Origin: Patescibacteria group bacterium
Lineage (GTDB): Bacteria > Patescibacteriota > JABMPQ01 > JAQVVF01
Length of the DNA: 64,000 nucleotides
Direction: 5' to 3'
NCBI GenBank assembly: GCA_041662665.1
Contig: JBAZSC010000001.1
Span: 129,511-193,510 of the forward strand
Below the pieces are notes generated by a model, which did not search any database, was not told the DNA's origin, and was given only the letters and a program-made list of their open reading frames with translations. The position numbers and the translations under genes are program-made. Shown here piece by piece: positions 1 through 9,221 of this stretch (position 1 is the first letter of the stretch; the number at the start of each line of letters is the position of its first letter).

Positions 1-204
1 AACCGAAATGCCTCAAACTTTAGTTAGGAGATATAGATTTTCCAGAAAAGCTAGTGAAGTCGAAATAAATTCTTGCCATAGTATAAGGCATGAAGGTTGA
101 TTTGCGAGTTTTAAGGTTCAATAAAGAATTTCATATACTATCATATAGGTATATATAATTATAAACGAGTATATAACAATGCGTCAATATGAATGTGTGG
201 ATAA

Positions 205-969
205 TTATGAGTTGACAAAATTTATCAATTTATTATGTAATATTTTATTTGAACAAATCATTGTTTTCATATTTCGCGACCAATTTTTATTAGAAAAATC
301 AGTTACTTTTCCGCCGGCTTCTTCAATAATTAATGTTGATGCCGCATTCCCAAATGGATCTGTTTTGATTGAAATTTTTCCATCAAGTTTTCCGCAAGCA
401 ACATAGCAAGAAGTCAGAGCTCCGCTTTCAAAAGCTCTTAAGCCTCTAATTTTGGGAGCAATTTTTTTTATAATGTTGCAGTTATTATTAAATTGATTTT
501 TAGAATAATGCGCGCTAAATCCAATATTAATTAGCGATGAAGAAAGATTATTGTTTTTAGACACTTTTATTTTTTTGTTATTTAAATATGCTCCTTTATT
601 TTTTTGTGCAAAAAATAGTTCATTCAAACTCGGACAAAAAACTCCGCCAATTTCAATTTTATTTTTATAAATCAATGCAATTGAAACAGAATAGAGTGGA
701 ATTTTTGCTGCAAAGTTTATCGTTGCATCAAGTGGATCAATTATCCATAAATAATCATTTTTTAGTCCAACTGTCCCAATTTCTTCAGACAATATTTGAT
801 GTTTTGGAAAATTATCTTTAATAATTTTTATAATAATTTTTTCCGACAAAAAATCATTTTCAGTCACAATGTCATTCCTAGTTTTTAATTTGAAAGTTTG
901 ATTTTTTAAAAAATTTTCATTTAATTTTTTGCCAGCTGATTTTAAAGCCTTAAGTAATGTTTTTTTCAT
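205..969 (-). CDS. suhB: Inositol monophosphatase family protein
   Basis: Motifs DIVTEND, ILSEE, WIIDPLDATINF, CYVACGKLDG, LIIEEAGGKVTD. Confidence 0.85.
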   Translation of the reverse strand: MKKTLLKALKSAGKKLNENFLKNQTFKLKTRNDIVTENDFLSEKIIIKIIKDNFPKHQILSEEIGTVGLKNDYLWIIDPLDATINFAAKIPLYSVSIALIYKNKIEIGGVFCPSLNELFFAQKNKGAYLNNKKIKVSKNNNLSSSLINIGFSAHYSKNQFNNNCNIIKKIAPKIRGLRAFESGALTSCYVACGKLDGKISIKTDPFGNAASTLIIEEAGGKVTDFSNKNWSRNMKTMICSNKILHNKLINFVNS

Positions 970-1003
970 AACAATATTTTATTAGTAAAAAAAGCGATAA
1001 AAA

Positions 1004-2230
1004 TTATCGCTTTACCATTTTCGATGCCTCTTTTAATGCCATACCTAAAAGGTAAGGCCGAAAAGAAGAACGATCAGTACCGCTGACATCTCTACGTCGA
1101 TGAGCCCATTGCATTGCTCTTAAGAAAAACATCATTGAGAAAGCAGAAATAATTCGATGATCAATAGCAATTCCATTACTCCTTAAATAATCAAGCATAT
1201 ATTTTCTGCATTCTTTTACATAATCTCTCAATTCAAATCTCGTTTCAAAATCAATGATCAACTGTCCATTTTTAATCGTTGCATTAAATGATCCATCCCA
1301 TTTTGTTGGACTTGCCATAATTTCTGGAAACCAGTTCGTAAATTTTACGATTCCTTCTGGAAGCAACCGATAATCAACTTTTTCGTTGTCAATTGCATAA
1401 ATATTTTGTTCAGAAGTTACCAGAAAATTTCCAGCGCCTTCATCGCCATGCTGAAGACAAATCCAAGGATAGCTCAAAATATTTTCTTTCATAATCTCAA
1501 ACATTTCCTTTAAAGAAGGCAATTCCAAACCATTTAAAACTAAAGGCAGATCCAAAACTATTCCTAGTTTCATTTTTATAGCATTAATCATTATTGTTGC
1601 TTCTTGCAAAAGATTAAATGTGTCGTCTAGCTTTTCACCATAACCAGCAAATTTTCTAGAATCTTTCAATGCTTTTGTTGCGCACCACATTTTCAGATTC
1701 CGTTTCAAAACTTTCTTTGCAATTGTCCAAACTTTTGCTCTGCTGATAATCAATTCATGCAATGTCTTTGCATTTTCTACGAAAGCTGCTATATGCAGAT
1801 CAGGGTTTACAATTGGAAAAACAGTTGGTGTCAAAAGATGGGGCTTTAATAATTCTGATCCGATTCTCTCACGCCTGCCGACACCTGGTGCGAATTTTGC
1901 GATTGCTCTTCTAATTGCCCAACTATTGGTATCTAGTTCGATAGTACAAAGCAAAGCGCCACTGACACTGCCAGAAGAAAAATTTGAAATTCTTAACGGA
2001 TTCAAATGTTCTGCTCTTAAAACAGTTTCAATATTTCTTGTAACAGATGTAAACAAATCAGAAGAGACAAAGCAAGCACGTTCTTGTAACAATATTTCAA
2101 TTCTTTGCAAAACATCAAAAGTTTCTGCTGTTGGTTCACTTCCAGAAGCTTTGTCAATTGCTGACAGTAAATTCCTTAATGTTTCGTAAAGCGTTTGTAG
2201 AAGTACCAAGTCAACATTTTGCTGTTCCAT
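1004..2230 (-). CDS. Orphan aminoglycoside-phosphotransferase/kinase-like protein
   Basis: HGDEGAGN (Brenner-like) and AIDNE motifs; GGGAGG RBS before MEQQ, so start set to 2230. Confidence 0.5.
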   Translation of the reverse strand: MEQQNVDLVLLQTLYETLRNLLSAIDKASGSEPTAETFDVLQRIEILLQERACFVSSDLFTSVTRNIETVLRAEHLNPLRISNFSSGSVSGALLCTIELDTNSWAIRRAIAKFAPGVGRRERIGSELLKPHLLTPTVFPIVNPDLHIAAFVENAKTLHELIISRAKVWTIAKKVLKRNLKMWCATKALKDSRKFAGYGEKLDDTFNLLQEATIMINAIKMKLGIVLDLPLVLNGLELPSLKEMFEIMKENILSYPWICLQHGDEGAGNFLVTSEQNIYAIDNEKVDYRLLPEGIVKFTNWFPEIMASPTKWDGSFNATIKNGQLIIDFETRFELRDYVKECRKYMLDYLRSNGIAIDHRIISAFSMMFFLRAMQWAHRRRDVSGTDRSSFRPYLLGMALKEASKMVKR

Positions 2231-2363
2231 TTTTCCTCCCTCTTTTATTTGAGGCATACATTTTAAGGTACGATAATTTCATATAGTATCATACTTTTTA
2301 GCAACCTAATTATATTTTTTAAAAATTATTAAAGCAATGGTCAGGTTGTGGATAACTTTCTTT

Positions 2364-2412
2364 GTCCGCCATAGTCCAGCATTTTTCGCAAAAAGTGCTG
2401 GACGAAGGCGGA
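2364..2412. repeat. GC-rich REP-like palindrome
   Basis: tccgcc-atagtccagcattttt-cgc-aaaaagtgctggacgaa-ggcgga. Confidence 0.6.
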
Positions 2413-2485
2413 TCAAAACAAAAAAGCCCAAATATTTAGGCTTAAGTAATTTTGTTATTTAGTTATTTTTAATTTAGTTATTTTT

Positions 2486-3322
2486 TTACGCCTGCCATTC
2501 TTTCAACACTCTTTCATAAATTTCAGGTGTAGAAATATCATACCATTCGCCATCAAAATGATAGCCGTACAGATTTCCTTCGCTTGCTAATTTTGGCAAA
2601 ACATCTTCTTCTAATTTTGAATATTCTTTTTTTGGAATTAATTTAATAATCTTTGGATCAATTACAAATATGCCAGCTGAAATTAATCTGGAAAGATTCG
2701 GTTTTTTTTCTGGCTTTTCCAAAAATCCTAATATTTTTGAACCTCTTAATTTCACAACTCCATAACCTTCTGGATTTGGGACAGATGTTAAAGCGATTGT
2801 TGCCAAGCCTCCTTCTTCTTTATGGAATGCCAGCATATCTTTCAAATCAACATTCGCTAAAGTATCGCCATATAACATCAAAAAAGATTCATCAGTCAAA
2901 TATTTTTTAGCTTTTAATAATGCTTTGGCAGTTCCAACTTTTTTCTTGCACATCACATAAGTAATGCTAACACCAAATTTTTTTCCATCGCCAAAATATT
3001 TTTTTATTTTTTCTGACATGTGCCCAACCAAAATAATAATATCTTTTATTTCATTATCTCTTAACTGTTCAATAATATGCTGTAAAATCGGTTTGCCTTT
3101 GACTGGCAACATTGATTTTGGCATTTCATAAGTGAATGGTCGCATCTTGACGCCTTGTCCAGCTGCCAGCAAATAAGCTTTTTTGACTCTTGATCGCAAA
3201 CTTTTCAAAACTAAATACTCGATCGCATGTGATCGATTTCTAATTTTTTCGCCATCAATAACTTTGTCAATTTGTGGCAAAATATCTTTTCGTAATGTTA
3301 TTGTTAATCTTGATCTTTCCAT
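2486..3322 (-). CDS. Ribbon-helix-helix domain fused to sugar-phosphate nucleotidyltransferase
   Basis: N-terminal RLTITL...IDKVI...NRSHAIEYL (CopG/NikR-like); LAAGQGVKMRPFT..PKSMLPV, YGD and WYDI NTP-transferase motifs. Confidence 0.8.
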   Translation of the reverse strand: MERSRLTITLRKDILPQIDKVIDGEKIRNRSHAIEYLVLKSLRSRVKKAYLLAAGQGVKMRPFTYEMPKSMLPVKGKPILQHIIEQLRDNEIKDIIILVGHMSEKIKKYFGDGKKFGVSITYVMCKKKVGTAKALLKAKKYLTDESFLMLYGDTLANVDLKDMLAFHKEEGGLATIALTSVPNPEGYGVVKLRGSKILGFLEKPEKKPNLSRLISAGIFVIDPKIIKLIPKKEYSKLEEDVLPKLASEGNLYGYHFDGEWYDISTPEIYERVLKEWQA

Positions 3323-3334
3323 GAATTTTTCATG

Positions 3335-3419
3335 AAGTTCATAATGTTATAAAGTTATAAAGTTCGTAAAGTCGGCAATGACTTTATAACTTTAAAAACT
3401 TTAAGAACTTTATAAACTT
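3335..3419. repeat. Periodic imperfect palindrome (AAAGTT/AACTTT family)
   Basis: aaagttataaagttcgtaaagtc...gactttataactttaaaaactttaagaacttt; a half copy lies at 30355-30393. Confidence 0.75.
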
Positions 3420-3481
3420 GTTTTATACTTTAAATTATACTATCATAAAGCTAGTTTTATTTCAACAGTAAAAATATAATT

Positions 3482-4492
3482 ATGCAAAACACAGTTGATA
3501 AATCAAATTTCAAAGACGTTGTAAAAAATTATCCAAAACAATTTGCCAAAGCTCTAGATTTTGCCAAGGATGTTAAAATCGAAGGTCAGTTTGAAAATGT
3601 CATTGTTTGTGGTTTGGGAGGATCTGCCTTGCCAGTTGATATGGTGATTTCATATTTAAAATCAAAAAATATTAATTTTCCGATTTCAGTTTGCCGAAAT
3701 TATACCTTGCCAGTAGAGGCCAATGAAAAAAGTTTGATCATTGCTTCATCTTTTTCAGGTTCAACTGAAGAAACAATTTCTTGTCTCAACGAAGCATTAG
3801 CAAAAAATTACAAAGTTGTTGGCATTGCTCGTGGTAAAGATATTTTAGAAATTTGTCAGTCAAAAAATATTCCATATATTCAATATCCAGATGATGGCCC
3901 AACATTCCAGCCTCGTTGTGCATCAGGCTATATTTTTACATCAATTGTAACGATTTTATCTAAAATAAAAGTTTTAGAAAATATTGAAAATGATTTAACA
4001 AATTTAGGTAAATTTTTAGAATCAATAAATATAGAACAAGAAAAAGCTGGTCAAGAATTAGCGCCTAAATTAAAAAATAATATTCCATTAATTTATACAA
4101 CAGAATTTTATCGCGATTCTATAGCTCGCATTTTTAAAATCAAATTAAATGAAAATGCAAAGACGCAAAGTTTTTTCAATTATTTTCCAGAATTGAATCA
4201 TAATGAAATGGTTGGTTTTACAAATTTAGTTGGCAAATATTTTATCATAATTCTGCAAGATCCAAATGATCATGACCGAAACAAAAAAAGAATGAATATT
4301 TTTAAAAATCTTTTAGAACAAAAAGGAATTAGTGTTGAAATTATCTTGATGAAAGGAAATTCTGTTTTAGAAAAAATATTTGCATCTTCACTTTTGGCAG
4401 ATTGGACTTCATATTATTTAGCTTTAGCTTATAATCAAGATCCAACGCCAGTAAATATGGTTGAAGAATTTAAAGAATTGATGAAAAAATAG
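3482..4492 (+). CDS. Bifunctional phosphoglucose/phosphomannose isomerase (SIS)
   Basis: GLGGSAL, SSFSGSTEET, QPR, NENAK, PELNHNE motifs. Confidence 0.9.
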   Translation: MQNTVDKSNFKDVVKNYPKQFAKALDFAKDVKIEGQFENVIVCGLGGSALPVDMVISYLKSKNINFPISVCRNYTLPVEANEKSLIIASSFSGSTEETISCLNEALAKNYKVVGIARGKDILEICQSKNIPYIQYPDDGPTFQPRCASGYIFTSIVTILSKIKVLENIENDLTNLGKFLESINIEQEKAGQELAPKLKNNIPLIYTTEFYRDSIARIFKIKLNENAKTQSFFNYFPELNHNEMVGFTNLVGKYFIIILQDPNDHDRNKKRMNIFKNLLEQKGISVEIILMKGNSVLEKIFASSLLADWTSYYLALAYNQDPTPVNMVEEFKELMKK

Positions 4493-4521
4493 TTGACTGT
4501 TTAATCAAATTTTGTTTTAAT
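4493..4521 (+). promoter_or_regulatory. Sigma70-type promoter, cassette 1
   Basis: TTGACT-17-TTTAAT with TG extended -10. Confidence 0.65.
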
Positions 4522-4549
4522 TTACGTAGCACCCTAACAGGAGGAGAGA

Positions 4550-4705
4550 ATGGATAGAGACAAAACTGCGATTGATCAAGAAGCTTTGCAATGGCTTCGG
4601 CAAAAAGAAAATAGTCGAAAAGTCATTATTGTAATTGACGATTTCAGCCTAAGAGTTTTACAGAAAGCTGTCAGTCCATTGTCAGTTCTGATCTCCGCAA
4701 ATTAG
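4550..4705 (+). CDS. Small orphan protein (51 aa; below ORF-track cutoff)
   Basis: AGGAGG RBS, ATG 4550, TAG 4705; MDRDKTAIDQEALQWLRQKE... Confidence 0.55.
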   Translation: MDRDKTAIDQEALQWLRQKENSRKVIIVIDDFSLRVLQKAVSPLSVLISAN

Positions 4706-4732
4706 TTGTGATAGCAAAGAAGGAGGACAACG

Positions 4733-4921
4733 ATGGCCGATCAAAACAAAGAAAAGCAATTATCCGGATTTGAACAATTTGTTTTTGATCCCAAATCAAC
4801 TTTAAGCGCAACAGATCAAATGCTTGCCTGGCTAAAAAGACATGAAGAAGAAATTGCAGCAGCAGATAGAGAATCTGAAGCAGAATTTAGAAAAGCGCAA
4901 CCAATTTTTGATAAGTTCTGA
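4733..4921 (+). CDS. Small orphan protein
   Basis: AAGGAGG RBS, 62 aa, followed by terminator. Confidence 0.65.
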   Translation: MADQNKEKQLSGFEQFVFDPKSTLSATDQMLAWLKRHEEEIAAADRESEAEFRKAQPIFDKF

Positions 4922-4937
4922 TTCAGTCGAACTTTTT

Positions 4938-4958
4938 AGAGCTTAATTGCTCTTTTTT
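4938..4958 (+). terminator. Intrinsic terminator AGAGC/GCTCT
   Basis: agagc-ttaatt-gctct followed by T run. Confidence 0.65.
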
Positions 4959-4975
4959 ATATTCAAAAATTAATA

Positions 4976-5004
4976 TTGACACATCGTTTAGATTTTGTTT
5001 TAAT
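4976..5004 (+). promoter_or_regulatory. Sigma70-type promoter, cassette 2
   Basis: TTGACA-17-TTTAAT with TG extended -10. Confidence 0.7.
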
Positions 5005-5032
5005 CTATACAGTACCTTGAGAGGAGGAAGCA

Positions 5033-5389
5033 GTGGATCAGACAATCAAGCAAATGCTCGAAAAGAAACTTCAACAAGCGCAAGAATCATCTGATTCAGT
5101 TCAAATTGCAATTGTTGAAAAAACTTTAGCAGCCTTAAGTCAAGAAATTTTATCAATTGTCATTCCAGAAGATTTACCATCTGGTCGTCATGGACTTATG
5201 AGCGAAAATAAACTGAGAACTGTTGTCAAGCTGGTTAGATTAATGCTAAGAAGTCATAATGATTCGGAATGGCAATTTTTCCTTGATTTCGTAAATAAAG
5301 TCAATCAATTGCAAACTGCATTTGATGTTGATTTAGACGAGCAAGAAAAGATTTTGGATCAAATCACTGGTAGAAATTGTACAGTTTAG
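5033..5389 (+). CDS. Orphan helical protein, paralog of 5489-5851
   Basis: GAGGAGG RBS, GTG start; aligns by eye to next ORF. Confidence 0.75.
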   Translation: MDQTIKQMLEKKLQQAQESSDSVQIAIVEKTLAALSQEILSIVIPEDLPSGRHGLMSENKLRTVVKLVRLMLRSHNDSEWQFFLDFVNKVNQLQTAFDVDLDEQEKILDQITGRNCTV

Positions 5390-5410
5390 AGCAATTTATG
5401 CTCTTTTTTT
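5388..5410 (+). terminator. Intrinsic terminator AGAGC/GCTCT
   Basis: agagca-attta-tgctct followed by T run. Confidence 0.65.
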
Positions 5411-5427
5411 ATCCTCAAAAATTATTG

Positions 5428-5456
5428 TTGACAGTCAATTCAAAATTTGTTTTAAT
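5428..5456 (+). promoter_or_regulatory. Sigma70-type promoter, cassette 3
   Basis: TTGACA-17-TTTAAT with TG extended -10. Confidence 0.7.
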
Positions 5457-5488
5457 TTAACAGTACCTTGGGAGGAGAGGAGGGAAAG

Positions 5489-5851
5489 GTGACTGTTAGG
5501 GAAATGATCGAAGCTAGAATCAGAGAAGCAGAAAGATTGGAAATTGTACAAGAACAAATTGATTTCTTAAGAACAGTTGAAAACAAGCTTTCAGAAATTG
5601 ATCCAAACATTCTAAGCATTAGTATGCCAGATAGATCGATACCTCCAAGTTGGTTTAGCGAAGTTGAAAGGAATGTCTTGATCGATCTTGTCGAACTATT
5701 CATAAAAGCAAAAACAGTAACTGAGCGAGCAACTTTTCTTGATATGATTAGAAGAGTTCATACCGAAAAAGGAAATAGGAAATTTGATTTTAGCGTTTCT
5801 GATTATCATGCAGTTAGTCGCGCAATTTGCCCTCTACAATCTAGCACTTGA
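5489..5851 (+). CDS. Orphan helical protein, paralog of 5033-5389
   Basis: GAGGAGG RBS, GTG at 5489. Confidence 0.7.
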   Translation: MTVREMIEARIREAERLEIVQEQIDFLRTVENKLSEIDPNILSISMPDRSIPPSWFSEVERNVLIDLVELFIKAKTVTERATFLDMIRRVHTEKGNRKFDFSVSDYHAVSRAICPLQSST

Positions 5852-5869
5852 ATGCACTTTTATCCTAAT

Positions 5870-5892
5870 AGAGCAGTTTATGCTCTTTTTTT
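5870..5892 (+). terminator. Intrinsic terminator AGAGC/GCTCT
   Basis: agagca-gttta-tgctct followed by T run. Confidence 0.65.
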
Positions 5893-5944
5893 ATTTTTAA
5901 AAATTTATTATAATAAAATTAATTTAAAAAATAAGGAGGGAAAA

Positions 5945-8212
5945 ATGTTAAAACAAAGAAACAGTTTTAGAATATTTTGTATTTGCCTTGCCATTTTTTT
6001 GGGAGGCTTTTTTATTTGGCCAAATATTAGTTTTGCGAGTTTTCAAGATGTTATTATTAACGAACTAATGTGGATGGGATCAAGCGAATTTGGCTCAACT
6101 GATGAATGGCTGGAATTAAAAAATTTAACAAATCAAGATATTGATTTTAGTCAGACAAATTTCGCAATCTTCAAAAATGACGCAATAATGTTATCCATTA
6201 ATAATGGCTTTCTTAAGGCAAATGATTATTTTTTAATTTCCAGAAAAGATAAAGATAATTCTATTTTAAATATTAATCCTGATTTAGTTGCATCTTTTAC
6301 ATTAAATAATACTGAAACAAATTATAAATTGTATGATTCTGGAAATAATTTAATTGATGAAATTAAAGCGCCATTAGCTGGTCTTAATAATGAAACAAAA
6401 GTTTCAATGGAAAGAAATCAAGAGCCAGACAATGGTTTGCTTGCAACGGACTGGCATAATGCGCAAACAAAAATTAATTTAGATGAAAATTCAACTGCAC
6501 TAGCAACTCCAAAATCAGAAAATAGCCAGACTCAACAACAGCCAGAAATTTTTCCAGATCAAATATTTATTAATGAAATTCTGCCAAATCCCAAAGATTC
6601 AGATGATGCTGAATTTATTGAGCTTTATAATAATAATTCATTTGAAGTTGATTTATTAAATTGGCAAATTGGCGATAGCACAACTTCTCGTTACATAATC
6701 AAAGCTTCTGATTTCGCAGACACAAAAATTAAATCTAAAAATTATTTTCTTTTGCCAAAATCAATTACTAATTTAACATTAAATAATGATTTAGATTCTG
6801 TAAAAATTTATCAGCCAAATCAAAATTTATTAAATCAAATTGATTATCAAAATTGTTTAGAAGGTCAAAGCTATAACAAACTTAGCGATAATAATTGGCA
6901 ATGGTCAACGACTTTAACGCCAAATTCAGCAAATATAATTACAACGCCAACTGAAATTATTGATGATCAAAATAATAATCCAGTTGAAATAAAAGAGGAA
7001 GAATTAACAATTCCAGCTGGTCCATATTCTAAAAAAATAATTATTACCGAATTTTTGCCAAATCCAAAAGGATCAGATTCAGAATTAAAAGGCGAATTTA
7101 TAGAAATAAAAAATGTTGATTCAAAAAATATAGATCTCTATGGCTGGTACATTGATGATCAAAAAGATGGTTCAACGCCTTATCAAATAAAAAATCATTT
7201 GCAATTAAAACCAAATCAATATTATGTTTTTTATAAAGGCGAAACAAAATTATCTTTAAATAATTCTAATGAATCTGCCAGAATTTTATTGCCAGACAAA
7301 AAAGTTCTGCAAGAAATAAAATTTACAGGCACTGCAAAAGAAGCCGAGTCTTACGCGCTCAAAGATAATAAATGGCAATGGACAACGACTTTAACGCCTG
7401 GCAAAGATAACATTATAAAACAACAAAACAACGAAACAACAAAACAAGACGAAAACACCGAAACACCAGAACAAAAAAACACCGAAACAAACGTCATGAC
7501 AATCAAAGAAGTTCGCGGTTTAAAACGTTATGACACTTTAAAAACAACTGGCATTGTTATTGTTCCTCCAAAAACAATTTCTCAAACTTCATTCTATATT
7601 CAAGACGAAACAGCTGGCATCCAAATTTATTTTTCCAAAAAAGATTTTCCAAATTTAAAATTAGGCGACAAAATTGAAGTTAGCGGAAAATTATCAGAAG
7701 CCTCAAATGAAAAAAGAATTTTAATTGCTAGCAAAGACGATTTTAAAATTTTAGCCAATAATCAAAATTTGAAGCCTGCGCAAATTGAAACTGGCAAAGT
7801 TTCTGAAGATTTGGAAGGAGAATTTGTCATAACTTCTGGCCAATTAGAAAAATCAGTTGGTGGAACATTCTATATCAATGATGGTTCAAAGACTCTCAAA
7901 GTTTATATTCCAACAGATTCGAAAATAGAAAAACCGAAATTAAAAAAAGGCGATTGGGTAACAGTTCAAGGCATTATCAGCGAGACATCAAGCGGTTATC
8001 GTTTAATTCCTCGTTTTACAAGCGACATCAAAGCTGGAAAATTTTCTTTAAATCCAAGTCTTGGTCTAACCCAAATTCCAAAAGCCGGAGCAGATTCCAA
8101 AATATTTCTAATTTTATCTTTTGCAATCATTTTAATTTATTTATCAAAAGTATATGCCAAAAGCATTAGAACGAAAATTAAAGAAACAAGCCAAGAAAAA
8201 AGGTCTAGGTAA
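5945..8212 (+). CDS. Surface protein with three lamin-tail domains, two OB folds and C-terminal membrane anchor
   Basis: Signal peptide; three I.INE(L/I/F)...E(W/F)(L/I)E(L/I) units; FYIQDETAGI and FYINDGS OB-fold motifs; IPKAG plus hydrophobic tail; AAGGAGG RBS before ATG 5945. Confidence 0.8.
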   Translation: MLKQRNSFRIFCICLAIFLGGFFIWPNISFASFQDVIINELMWMGSSEFGSTDEWLELKNLTNQDIDFSQTNFAIFKNDAIMLSINNGFLKANDYFLISRKDKDNSILNINPDLVASFTLNNTETNYKLYDSGNNLIDEIKAPLAGLNNETKVSMERNQEPDNGLLATDWHNAQTKINLDENSTALATPKSENSQTQQQPEIFPDQIFINEILPNPKDSDDAEFIELYNNNSFEVDLLNWQIGDSTTSRYIIKASDFADTKIKSKNYFLLPKSITNLTLNNDLDSVKIYQPNQNLLNQIDYQNCLEGQSYNKLSDNNWQWSTTLTPNSANIITTPTEIIDDQNNNPVEIKEEELTIPAGPYSKKIIITEFLPNPKGSDSELKGEFIEIKNVDSKNIDLYGWYIDDQKDGSTPYQIKNHLQLKPNQYYVFYKGETKLSLNNSNESARILLPDKKVLQEIKFTGTAKEAESYALKDNKWQWTTTLTPGKDNIIKQQNNETTKQDENTETPEQKNTETNVMTIKEVRGLKRYDTLKTTGIVIVPPKTISQTSFYIQDETAGIQIYFSKKDFPNLKLGDKIEVSGKLSEASNEKRILIASKDDFKILANNQNLKPAQIETGKVSEDLEGEFVITSGQLEKSVGGTFYINDGSKTLKVYIPTDSKIEKPKLKKGDWVTVQGIISETSSGYRLIPRFTSDIKAGKFSLNPSLGLTQIPKAGADSKIFLILSFAIILIYLSKVYAKSIRTKIKETSQEKRSR

Positions 8213-8285
8213 AAAAAGAACAGCTGCTTACGTTTACGGAACTTTGCGCAAAACTGGTTGGTCACCAAAAAGAAAGAAGAAATAA
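8154..8285 (+). CDS. Small very basic protein (43 aa; below ORF-track cutoff)
   Basis: MPKALERKLKKQAKKKGLGKKRTAAYVYGTLRKTGWSPKRKKK; overlaps upstream gene end by 59 nt. Confidence 0.55.
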   Translation: MPKALERKLKKQAKKKGLGKKRTAAYVYGTLRKTGWSPKRKKK

Positions 8286-8356
8286 TTGACAAAATTTGAT
8301 TCAAAGATTATATTTATTAATCAGCACTTTTTACAACCCAAGGAGGGAAAAGAAAA

Positions 8357-8704
8357 ATGAAAAACACAATCAACATTGTGCTTGGATATTTTGCAATGTT
8401 TCTTGTTGTTGTCATTTATATTCTTTGCTTCATTATTTTTTATCGGCTGATTAACGTAAATCTTTTTTCAGAAATATTGTTGTTTATCCCAATGCTTATT
8501 GTCTTCTCAATCCTTTTCATCATTTTTGTAATTATCATCGGAGTTCCTGTTATTCTATTCTATTACTACTTTGTCAAGAAATGTGATCTATGCAACAAAA
8601 GAGGTTTCGTTTTTGCCTTTGAAACATCAGATTCAGAAGTTCCATTCTCTGATCCTTATCTTTGTTATAGATGTCGAAGTTTGCGAAAACAATTGAGAGC
8701 CTAG
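8357..8704 (+). CDS. Membrane protein with C-terminal CxxC...CxxC zinc-finger-like motif
   Basis: Own promoter (TTGACA-17-TATATT, 8286-8314) and AAGGAGG RBS; two TM segments; CDLC...CYRC. Confidence 0.65.
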   Translation: MKNTINIVLGYFAMFLVVVIYILCFIIFYRLINVNLFSEILLFIPMLIVFSILFIIFVIIIGVPVILFYYYFVKKCDLCNKRGFVFAFETSDSEVPFSDPYLCYRCRSLRKQLRA

Positions 8705-8717
8705 AGAGGAGGAGAAA

Positions 8718-9113
8718 ATGGGCAAGAGAGCAGAAATACTGTTTATTACATCTGTTTTCTCATTTTCAGCAGCTTACGCGGTTTGTCTGATCTGCAATCT
8801 CAAAGATTTGTTACTCATTCTCCATGACAAACCTAATCTATCAATCACAGTATTTTTTCTTTTTATGCTCTTCCTTGGAATTGGTTTACTTTATCTCTCG
8901 ATCTTAGTATTTACAAATACTTTTCTAAAAAGATGCAATTGTTGCAAAGGTCGCGGATTAGTAAAAAGAGTCATTCTTGCTAGTCAATGTTTAGAACATC
9001 ATGAAAGAGAATACAACCTTTGTTCTAAATGTCGTAATGAAGAATCCTGGCGTCATAATGAAGAGTTTATCTTTGTAAAAGATCATTCGGTCATTCATGT
9101 TTCTTTGATCTAA
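8718..9113 (+). CDS. Membrane protein with CxxC...CxxC motif, paralog of previous ORF
   Basis: GAGGAGG RBS; CNCCKGRG...CSKCR; terminator at 9112-9136. Confidence 0.65.
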   Translation: MGKRAEILFITSVFSFSAAYAVCLICNLKDLLLILHDKPNLSITVFFLFMLFLGIGLLYLSILVFTNTFLKRCNCCKGRGLVKRVILASQCLEHHEREYNLCSKCRNEESWRHNEEFIFVKDHSVIHVSLI

Positions 9114-9221
9114 CCCAATTTTGTTGGGTTTTTTTATTGTTTAAATTATTTTTTTGTTTTATTGTTAAATTATAGAAATAAATTTAGCATTTAGTTATTT
9201 ATAATTTAAAATTTAGCAACT

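Noticed and set aside
1-204. Possible partial gene at the window start
   Set aside because: Minus-strand frames are closed by stops and nothing recognisable was found
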